Source of the DNA: an uncultured archaeon
GTDB taxonomy: Archaea; Micrarchaeota; Micrarchaeia; Micrarchaeales; CABMGC01
Reading direction: 5' to 3'
Assembly (NCBI GenBank): GCA_963704435.1
Contig: OY969902.1
Coordinates: 60,001-92,000 of the forward strand
Length of the DNA: 32,000 nt
The translations under genes and the position numbers were made by a program. Under the pieces are notes generated by a model. It ran no database searches. It saw only the letters and a program-made list of their open reading frames with translations, and was not told the DNA's origin. Positions 24,862-32,000 of the stretch are shown here, piece after piece. How positions within the stretch are numbered: position 1 is the first letter of the stretch; each line of letters opens with the position of its first letter.

Positions 24862-26481
24862 CTCAATCTCCATCGCGAGCACAGGCTCCTCGATACCGAA
24901 CTCCACGGTGACCCTAGGGTGCACCTCCCCAAAGATGCCTATCCTTCTGCCGTCGAGCATGGCCTGCGCGCACCTGCCCTCTATGAAGCTCTCATGGGCC
25001 GCCGCCTTTACCTTTATGTCGATGCCGAGCACCCTCCCCAGCGCCTCGACGTCCGCCTTCATGTCGTTGAAGTTCGCCTTCGCCCCGCACGACACCGCGG
25101 CGAGCCTGTATCCCTCAACGGGCTTGCCGCCGCTCAGCTCGAACGCCATGTCGAGCTCGAAGAGCCTCTGCGGCATCCTGTCGTGCGCCGACTTGCCCAG
25201 GCACTCGAGCAGCGACGGTATGAGCCACGTCCTCATCATGGTCGCCACCTCCGTCTTGGGATTCGACAGCTTTATGGCGTCCATGTCCTTTATTCCCATC
25301 ATCCCGAAGTTCTTCCTCTCGTTCGTAAGGTATGAGTTGAGCATCTCGCAGTATCCCAGGCCCAGCGCCGCCTCCCTGATCCTCGCGTGCGACACGCTCT
25401 TCGCCTCGGGCGCCCCAGGCGTTGCCGATTCGAGCTGCACCGGCCGTATGTAGTCATATCCGTACGCTATCGCGACGTCCTCCACGATGTCCTGCTCGTT
25501 TATGTAGTCGAGCCGGTACGCTGGCACCCTGAAGCGCACGCTCCTGCCCACCAGGCTCGCCTCGTAGCCCATCTTGTTCCCGAGGAGTATCACGTTGTTG
25601 AAGCCTATCTTTACGCCTATCTCCCTCTCCAGCAGCTCCAGCGGGACGCTGACGGTCGGGCTCTCCATGCCAGGCGTGATTGCCGACTCCGCGCCGTACC
25701 TTATCTTTACCTGGTACACGTCGCATCCCATGTCTATGAAGTTAGATGCGAGCAGGTCCGCCACCCTCTCTATCACCTGCCGGGTCGGCCCCGTGATGTC
25801 GACCAGCATGCTGGTCGTCGAAGTCGTGACCCTGGTCCTCTCCGAGTTTATTATCGGGATGAGCGCCATCGTGCCCGCCGAGTCCTTCAGCGCGGCGTAC
25901 TTTCTCTTGGTCTCGCCGAGGAGGGCCCCGTACTTCACGCCCTTCTCCTCCTTCTTCAGCACCTCGCTGTACCTCATGCCCGTCCTGTGCCCTAGCGGCA
26001 CGAACTCCTCGTCGTCGTAAGCGTCGTAGTAGAGCGGAGGCTTGACCTCCCTGAGGTCATGCAGGCCTATCGCTATCCTCTTCCTGCGCCTGCCGTAGTT
26101 CTCGCTTATCTTCTCTGTGAAGCCTATCAGGTCGAGCAGGTCCTCCTCCCCCATCTTCGCGTTCTCGACCACTATCGCTGCTATGAAGGGCCTTATCTTG
26201 GAGACGCTGCTGCCGACGCCTATCGCGAAGCCCTCCTTCTCGCCCTTCGCGGAGTAGTCGAATTCCCGGCTCCTCCGCATGAAGTACCTCAGCGCCCTCG
26301 CCAGCCCGACCGCGCTTATCATGTCCGGCCTGTTCGCCTTGAACTCTATGTCCCACTCCTTACCGCTCTCCCTCTTTATCACCAGGCCCAGGTTCTCTAT
26401 GTTCCTGACCAGCTCCTTCTCGGATATCTTCGACCCTAGCGCGCGCATCAGGTGCTTTTTGTTGTAGGTCGAAACTGGCAT
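24844..26481 (-). CDS. pheT: phenylalanyl-tRNA synthetase beta subunit
   Basis: Archaeal PheT pattern (SVPLELLEREIGVKIG, YRLDYINEQDIVEDVAIAYGYD, ELDMAFEL); adjacent to pheS. Confidence 0.93.
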   Translation of the reverse strand: MPVSTYNKKHLMRALGSKISEKELVRNIENLGLVIKRESGKEWDIEFKANRPDMISAVGLARALRYFMRRSREFDYSAKGEKEGFAIGVGSSVSKIRPFIAAIVVENAKMGEEDLLDLIGFTEKISENYGRRRKRIAIGLHDLREVKPPLYYDAYDDEEFVPLGHRTGMRYSEVLKKEEKGVKYGALLGETKRKYAALKDSAGTMALIPIINSERTRVTTSTTSMLVDITGPTRQVIERVADLLASNFIDMGCDVYQVKIRYGAESAITPGMESPTVSVPLELLEREIGVKIGFNNVILLGNKMGYEASLVGRSVRFRVPAYRLDYINEQDIVEDVAIAYGYDYIRPVQLESATPGAPEAKSVSHARIREAALGLGYCEMLNSYLTNERKNFGMMGIKDMDAIKLSNPKTEVATMMRTWLIPSLLECLGKSAHDRMPQRLFELDMAFELSGGKPVEGYRLAAVSCGAKANFNDMKADVEALGRVLGIDIKVKAAAHESFIEGRCAQAMLDGRRIGIFGEVHPRVTVEFGIEEPVLAMEIELDPIG

Positions 26482-26485
26482 GGGC

Positions 26486-27964
26486 TTACCTCACTGTCAT
26501 TTCCCTCAGCCAGCCCGCGCTGGCATTGTAGAGGCTGGCGATGCTGCTGATCTTCCTGTCGCGTATGAGGAGCAGCCTCTCGACTCCCGTGCCCCAGGCG
26601 AGCACGCTTATCTTCTTGCGCGATATCCCGGTGACCTCCCTCCTCAGTATCCCGGCGCCCGCGAGCTCAAGCCACGTGCCGTTCTGCTCGGTCTGCACGC
26701 TCACGCCGGGCTCCACGAACGGGTAGTAGGACGGCCTGAACCTTATCTTCTCGATGCCGACCCCCTTGAACAGTTTTATCATCACGTCGAACAGGTTCGC
26801 GAGCGTGAGGTTCTCGCCTATGATTATGCCGTCGGACTGGTAGAAGTCGGCGAGGTGCTTGTAGTCTATGTTCTCGTTCCTGAGGTTCCTGCCTATCGTG
26901 AACATCTTTATCGGAAGCTCCTGGCCCTTCAGCCCCTTCTCGATCGCGCCGAGCATCTGGTGCACGTACCTTCCAGTGACGCTGGTCGTGTGCGTCCTTG
27001 GCATCGCCTGCATCGCGAACTCCTCCTCCCAGTTCGCGTGCCACGCCCTCTCGTGCTCTCCCTTTATCCTCATCACGACCTTCCTGTCCCCTATGTCGAG
27101 CTCCTTGGGCTCGGACACGAAGAACGTGTCCTGCTCGTCCCTGGCGGGGTGGTCCTGCGGCATGAACAGGTAGTCGAAGACCCAGAACGACGGCTGTATT
27201 ATCGGGCCGGAGACCTCGGCGAATCCCATGCGAAGGTAGGCGTCCCTGAGGTCGTCTATCGTCCGCCTAAGCGGGTGGCGTATCGCTACCTCCCTTGGCT
27301 CCACGGGCGCGTCCACGTTGTAGGGCCTGAACTTCCTGTCGGTCCACAGCCTTCCCTTTATGACGCTCCTGTCCACGGCCTCGATGAGGTCCCGCTCCTC
27401 GCGCACCTCTCCGGCCGCGCGCACGCCCTTTGCGGTTATCCGCACCTCGCTTATGCTCTCCCTGCTGCGCGACTCCAGCAAGCCCCTCTTCCTGAACTCC
27501 GCGACCGCGGCGGTGTCCTTGTATCTCGCGTATGCGCCGCCGTCTGACTGCAGGGCCTTGAGTATTCGCTCCTCTTCCATGTCTCCCTCCGCAGCGCGCT
27601 TTCCTGCCGGAGCGAGCTGCACGGACCCCTTGTCTATCCCGACGAGGCCCTTCTTCTTCGCCCACATGAGGCCTATCTGGTCTGTCCGGTCCGAGAGGTC
27701 GCGTATGTTGGCAGGGCCCTTCGCCAGCCTCTTGAGGAGCGCCTTCTCCGGGAGCCCGCTCTCCGCGTATTTCACGCCCTCCTTCGTAAGCGCGGCCTCC
27801 TCCACTGCCTCCCTCTTCACGGTGGCCATACCGCCTGCGACGAGGTTCTGTATGGCCCACATCGTCTCGTCCTTGCCGAACCCTGCGGCCTTCATCAGCT
27901 CCTCCAAACCGAGCCCGTTCCTTCCCTTAAGGGCTTTCAGCACGGCTATTTCATATTTGTGCAA
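26486..27964 (-). CDS. pheS: phenylalanyl-tRNA synthetase alpha subunit
   Basis: Motif HPLRRTIDDLRDAYLRMGF, QDTFFV, FRNENIDYKHLADFYQSDG, GAGILRREVTG, AWGTGVERLLLI. Confidence 0.95.
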   Translation of the reverse strand: MHKYEIAVLKALKGRNGLGLEELMKAAGFGKDETMWAIQNLVAGGMATVKREAVEEAALTKEGVKYAESGLPEKALLKRLAKGPANIRDLSDRTDQIGLMWAKKKGLVGIDKGSVQLAPAGKRAAEGDMEEERILKALQSDGGAYARYKDTAAVAEFRKRGLLESRSRESISEVRITAKGVRAAGEVREERDLIEAVDRSVIKGRLWTDRKFRPYNVDAPVEPREVAIRHPLRRTIDDLRDAYLRMGFAEVSGPIIQPSFWVFDYLFMPQDHPARDEQDTFFVSEPKELDIGDRKVVMRIKGEHERAWHANWEEEFAMQAMPRTHTTSVTGRYVHQMLGAIEKGLKGQELPIKMFTIGRNLRNENIDYKHLADFYQSDGIIIGENLTLANLFDVMIKLFKGVGIEKIRFRPSYYPFVEPGVSVQTEQNGTWLELAGAGILRREVTGISRKKISVLAWGTGVERLLLIRDRKISSIASLYNASAGWLREMTVR

Positions 27965-27977
27965 ACGTATCCACCGC

Positions 27978-28745
27978 TTACCTGAACGTCTTCGCGTAGA
28001 CGTATGCCACTATGGCCACTATCGCGACCGCGACGAGCGCGTAGATCGCGTCGGTGTAGCTCTCGTACAGGCCGCTGAAGTACCTCAGCACCTCCTGCTG
28101 CGGAGTCTCGGTCGTGACGTACACGAGCGTGAACTTCTGGAGCGGCTCTCCCGAGTTCCAGGAGAACGTCGTGCTGTTCGCGTAGCCTCCGAGCGCGTTC
28201 GGCAGGGGCGAATCAGGCGCAGGGTAGACGGACACCAGACTGGCTCCGCTGGGTATGATTATCTTGAGCGCCGAGTCGGAGAACAGTGACTCGCCGCTCG
28301 CGGTGTGCATGAAGCTGAAAACCGTGTTGTTGAACGCGTAGTCGAACTTCCTGGGCGCGACGTCCGTCACGGTAGTGACGTTGGAAGCGTAATAGCTCAT
28401 CGTCAGCGTCGCATATCCGCCTCCCGAAGATGTCAGCGGCCCGGGGAGGTAGGTGAAGTTCGATATGCTTCCCCTCGGGTTGTATATGTGCTCGGAGAAG
28501 AGGCTGGAGCCGACGGCCTGCTGCCATCCGTTGAGCGTGAGGTTGACTGCCTGCCTGTCCTGGTTGTATGTTGCGATCGAGGAGTTGCTGACGTACAGCG
28601 TTATCGTCTCCACGATGTGCGCCGTTGTCGAGTTGCTGAGCGATACGGTGGTGGAGAGGTAGGTGGCGTTGAAGTACGCGCTCACCCCGTACTGCAATAT
28701 GAATGTTGCCATAAGGAAGGCTGCAATAGACAGGGATTTGCGCAT
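27978..28745 (-). CDS. secreted, C-terminally membrane-anchored protein, unknown
   Basis: Signal peptide, N-x-S/T-rich ectodomain, C-terminal TM AIYALVAVAIVAIVAYVYA. Confidence 0.6.
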   Translation of the reverse strand: MRKSLSIAAFLMATFILQYGVSAYFNATYLSTTVSLSNSTTAHIVETITLYVSNSSIATYNQDRQAVNLTLNGWQQAVGSSLFSEHIYNPRGSISNFTYLPGPLTSSGGGYATLTMSYYASNVTTVTDVAPRKFDYAFNNTVFSFMHTASGESLFSDSALKIIIPSGASLVSVYPAPDSPLPNALGGYANSTTFSWNSGEPLQKFTLVYVTTETPQQEVLRYFSGLYESYTDAIYALVAVAIVAIVAYVYAKTFR

Positions 28746-28804
28746 GCGATTCCCGGATAGAGTATAAAAGCCAAAGTATTAAAATCCGAACACCACGCTT
28801 CGGA

Positions 28805-29482
28805 TTATCTGCTCATGTCGATGAAATTGGACATTACCCGCAGGGGCAGCCGGTACCCGCTGTCAATGCCTCCCAGCAGGTTCCTGGCGTCTTCGCGGTC
28901 GTCCTCGGCGATTATCTTCGCGAGCCTGTAGAGGATCTCCGGGTGGAACTGGACGCAGCAGAATCTCCTGAGCGCGAAGGCCTCGATGCATGACGCGCTC
29001 TCGGCCAGCACGACCGAGCCCTTCGGCAGCGATGCCGCGCTGTCCCTGTGGTTCTCATATGCCTCGAACGTACGAGGCATTCCCTTGAACAGGGGGTGTT
29101 TTGCGCCCGCATTCGTCAGGCGGATGTCGGTGAATCCCTTGACGCGATTCTCGCCTACCCTCACCCTGCCTCCCATGGCCTGCGCCACCACCTGGAGGCC
29201 GAAGCATATCCCAAGGACAGGCAGTCCCGCTTCATCAGCCGAGCGCGGGAACGCGAGCAGCTTCCCTACCCACTCCCAACCCGAGCTTACGAAAGACGGA
29301 GAACCTGTGATTACCGCGAAGTCGGAGGATCTTAGCTCGGCCGCAGAGGGCATGCAGCCTGCGTACGCGCTCTTCATCGCGATGTCGCTGACGCCCATGC
29401 TCGCAAGATGCCTTGATATCGCAAATCCGTCGTTCGTGCCCCTGTCCCTGTCCGAATCGCAGTTGAGTACCAGCGCCCTCAT
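28805..29482 (-). CDS. class I glutamine amidotransferase (GMP synthase glutaminase subunit-like)
   Basis: VLGICFGLQVVAQAMGG catalytic Cys motif, FEAYENHRD, CCVQFHPE; start at MRALVLNCDSD. Confidence 0.8.
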   Translation of the reverse strand: MRALVLNCDSDRDRGTNDGFAISRHLASMGVSDIAMKSAYAGCMPSAAELRSSDFAVITGSPSFVSSGWEWVGKLLAFPRSADEAGLPVLGICFGLQVVAQAMGGRVRVGENRVKGFTDIRLTNAGAKHPLFKGMPRTFEAYENHRDSAASLPKGSVVLAESASCIEAFALRRFCCVQFHPEILYRLAKIIAEDDREDARNLLGGIDSGYRLPLRVMSNFIDMSR

Positions 29483-29594
29483 ACTACGTTCTTTGACGCT
29501 GCAGATAAATAACCTGCGCACGCAGGTGGCAAGAACACTGCGAATCAATAAATAGCAGAGGGCGCATAATAAAGCAGGAGCCCGAGACGATACG

Positions 29595-30128
29595 ATGCAA
29601 ACTAGAGCTATGCCGCGCGTCAGGGCGACGGCCGCGGAACTGATGGAAAGACCTGAAATACGGGAGAAGTTCGATGGCAACCTTAAACTATTGCAGAATA
29701 AATTGGGCCGTCATACGAGTCACGTGCACTGGTTTGATTACCGCGTCCGATTCGGGAAAGAGCATGTATGCAGGAGCTTCAGAACATGTTTTGGCGAAGA
29801 TGTTGTGTTTGGCTCTTGCACAGCAGTAGGCCCCTATGCTACCATAGCCAAGAATACTGAGATAAAGATGGGGGCCGTGATCGGCGGTTACGTTAAAATA
29901 GGTTCTGATGTAACCATAGGCCCCTATTCTTTCATAAGCCACGATGTGACAATCGGAAATGGATCTGTCATCGGAACCCGGGTATTTATTGACTCACGCG
30001 TTGGAATAGGTCGCCACATCAAAATCGGGGATGGTGCTTCGATAGGTCTTCTGGACAATAGCGTGGACAGGGATATTGGAGAGATGGAAAGATATCCTCC
30101 TTGCAGGCATCTGCTGCGCAAAATCTGA
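29595..30128 (+). CDS. left-handed beta-helix (hexapeptide-repeat) acyltransferase-like protein 1
   Basis: Repeated [IV]-G-x4 motifs: KIGSDVTIGPYSFISHDVTIGNGSVIGTRVFIDSRVGIGRHIKIGDGASIG. Confidence 0.75.
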   Translation: MQTRAMPRVRATAAELMERPEIREKFDGNLKLLQNKLGRHTSHVHWFDYRVRFGKEHVCRSFRTCFGEDVVFGSCTAVGPYATIAKNTEIKMGAVIGGYVKIGSDVTIGPYSFISHDVTIGNGSVIGTRVFIDSRVGIGRHIKIGDGASIGLLDNSVDRDIGEMERYPPCRHLLRKI

Positions 30129-30231
30129 AGCGCCTCAAATAAATGCTGTCTGCATCCCCTGCGCAAGTGGCAAGATTGCTGCAAATAGATAAATACGGGG
30201 CGGATAATATCAAAAGCACTGGGACGATGCG

Positions 30232-30762
30232 ATGGCAACGAAAACAAATCAAAACACCAGAGCTCTGGCTAACGTTCTGATTGAAAGGGCCGAGCTGTGG
30301 CATATGTTCAAGGGGAATCAGGAAATATTTATCGCGGAATTGGGAACTACTGGAAAAATGAAGCGGTTTGAGGATTCTGTCCATTACGACAAGCCATGCG
30401 AGCACGAAGGCAGCATCAACATCGGAAAGGGTACGGAGATCGGCGCGCGTGTGGCGATAGGCTCGAACGTTTCCATAGGCAAAAACGTGCGTATCGGAGA
30501 AGGTGCGGTGATTTGCGATGGCGTGACAATAGGCAGCGGGGCGACGATCGGCGCAGCCGCATTCCTAGGATATTCTTCGATAGCCAATAAGGATTCCTCC
30601 ATTGGCGCACTCGTCAGATTCGGGCGTTTTGCGGTATTATACGAAGGCTGCCGCGTGGGGGACGGCGCTCAGATAGGTTATCATGCGCTAGTGCGCGAGG
30701 ATGTGGCCTCGCTGGGATGGATTCCTAATAATCATGATTTGCAGCGCAAAACTGAGATCTAA
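30232..30762 (+). CDS. left-handed beta-helix (hexapeptide-repeat) acyltransferase-like protein 2
   Basis: INIGKGTEIGARVAIGSNVSIGKNVRIGEGAVICDGVTIGSGATIGAAAFLG. Confidence 0.75.
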   Translation: MATKTNQNTRALANVLIERAELWHMFKGNQEIFIAELGTTGKMKRFEDSVHYDKPCEHEGSINIGKGTEIGARVAIGSNVSIGKNVRIGEGAVICDGVTIGSGATIGAAAFLGYSSIANKDSSIGALVRFGRFAVLYEGCRVGDGAQIGYHALVREDVASLGWIPNNHDLQRKTEI

Positions 30763-30839
30763 AGTGCCATTTATTCTGGCAACATTTAAATCTTCCAAAA
30801 ATTAAGGAGCATCTGTGATTCTTGGTTCTGGGTGAAGAA

Positions 30840-31586
30840 ATGGTACAAATAGCAAAATATGAGAGAAGCGTGATCCCTGCTGTTGATGTAAAGCCCGAGG
30901 CGTTTACTAATCAGAAAGTTTCGCCTATGGACACATTTAAGAGTTTGGTAGAGCAGACGCATGATGTGGAAGGTATCGGAGGCTACAAAATTGGCGCGGC
31001 ATTGACAATCTATTATGGTTTGCCAAAACTGGTTAGAATAGTCAAGCGCTATACCGACCTCCCGGTTATCTTGGACCTTCAGAAAGGAATGACGGACATC
31101 CCTGACACCGGAGTGGGCGTTTTATCCGCAATTAAATCTTCAGGAGCCAGCGGCTTCATAGGCTTCCCTATGTCCGGACCTGCAACGCAAGAAGCCTGGA
31201 CAAAAGCTGCGCAAAATCTCGGGTTGCCAATAATCCTGGGAGGGGAAATGACGCATCCGAAATACAAGCGGAGTGAAGGCGGCTATATCTCTGATGATGC
31301 CTTGTCTGAAATATATCTGTTAGGCGCGAGGATGGGAGTAACCAATTTCGTGGTTCCTGGAACCAAGATTGACAAGATTAACTACTACCGGAGCATACTT
31401 GAGCCGGAGATAAAGGAGCAGATATCCTTCTGGGCCCCGGGATTCGTCACGCAAGGCGGAGTAATTACGGACGCAGCCAAAGCCGCAGGGAGATCATTTC
31501 ATGCCATAGTGGGCAGAGCGATATTCGAGGCTGAAGATATGCATTCCGCCGCGTTAGAGCTGACCAGCCAAATAAAACGTGATTGA
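30840..31586 (+). CDS. pyrF: orotidine-5'-phosphate decarboxylase
   Basis: GYKIGAAL, VILDLQKGMTDIPDTG, PGFVTQGG, VGRAIFEAED; directly followed by pyrE-like ORF. Confidence 0.8.
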   Translation: MVQIAKYERSVIPAVDVKPEAFTNQKVSPMDTFKSLVEQTHDVEGIGGYKIGAALTIYYGLPKLVRIVKRYTDLPVILDLQKGMTDIPDTGVGVLSAIKSSGASGFIGFPMSGPATQEAWTKAAQNLGLPIILGGEMTHPKYKRSEGGYISDDALSEIYLLGARMGVTNFVVPGTKIDKINYYRSILEPEIKEQISFWAPGFVTQGGVITDAAKAAGRSFHAIVGRAIFEAEDMHSAALELTSQIKRD

Positions 31587-32000
31587 ATGGAAAAACACGC
31601 GCTGCAATTAGAAAAACTTGGAAAAGAAATAACGCAAGGAGCATACCAAGAGGGATTGATAAGAACCTGGTACAGGGACAAGCCTGAAGGTTTTACTCTA
31701 GCAAGCGGCCTGTATAGCCCGCTCTACATTAACTTAAGGTTGATTTCTAGCGTTCCGAGCGGCAGCGCAGAACTTTACAGAAAAGCCGGAGAGGCGGTAG
31801 GACTGATGCTTGAAAATGCAGGTTTCGCGCCTGATGGAAAACATAGACTTGTCGGAGTGGCCATGGCGGGCATACCCCTCGCCAATGCAGTTACATTGAA
31901 CAGGGGAATCCCCTCGCTGTATACTCGAAAACTGCCCGAAGACGTCAAGACCCCGGAAGACGTAGACGCATACATGCACGCGCACGGTCAAAAAGCGCTC
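31587..32000 (+). CDS. pyrE: orotate phosphoribosyltransferase, partial at window end
   Basis: Manual translation MEKHALQLEKLGKEITQGAYQEGLIRTWYRDKPEGFTLASGLYSPLYINLRLISSVP...LVGVAMAGIPLANAVTLNRGIPSLYTRKLPED; start abuts pyrF stop. Confidence 0.8.
   Translation, partial: MEKHALQLEKLGKEITQGAYQEGLIRTWYRDKPEGFTLASGLYSPLYINLRLISSVPSGSAELYRKAGEAVGLMLENAGFAPDGKHRLVGVAMAGIPLANAVTLNRGIPSLYTRKLPEDVKTPEDVDAYMHAHGQKAL

Noticed and set aside
26480-27547. 355-aa plus-strand ORF
   Set aside because: Fully antisense to pheS, whose catalytic motifs are clear
1-32000. CRISPR array and rRNA genes
   Set aside because: No periodic short-repeat/spacer pattern and no rRNA core sequences seen on reading either strand

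Overview
GC-rich archaeal chromosomal window. The combination of histone, RFC large subunit, PheS/PheT, presenilin-like protease, ThiI and a compact archaeal-style RNase P RNA fits a DPANN or Micrarchaeota-like genome, but that assignment is inference. Housekeeping genes read from sequence include a homospermidine-synthase-like gene, a PH-domain membrane protein, DUF167, an A22 GxGD protease, histone, ThiI, RFC-L, tRNA-Glu(CTC), pheT, pheS, a GATase1 protein, pyrF and a partial pyrE. The accessory part (about 8.2-17.3 kb) holds the main signals. (1) A RelE-like toxin and winged-helix antitoxin pair lies between two identical 72-bp direct repeats. One repeat is the 3' end of a gene I identify as RNase P RNA from P1, P2 and P4 pairings, including the bulged U in P4, plus the ACAGAA/CUxAxUxGAAUG conserved regions. 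This is a tiny integrated TA islet with att-like duplication of the rnpB 3' end, next to an archaeal AAA ATPase headed by a perfect 22-bp palindrome. (2) Four dispersed genes share a Cys-bounded two-TM C-terminal module, three of them fused to secreted Ig-like domains, which looks like a divergent 2-TM pilin or surface-complex family. (3) Two Thr-rich surface proteins share a near-identical membrane-anchor DNA cassette. (4) A strongly structured intergenic element lies at 12490-12555. (5) A duplicated promoter/leader element precedes two small membrane proteins at 1.2-2.1 kb. Many long ORFs in the track are antisense GC artefacts.
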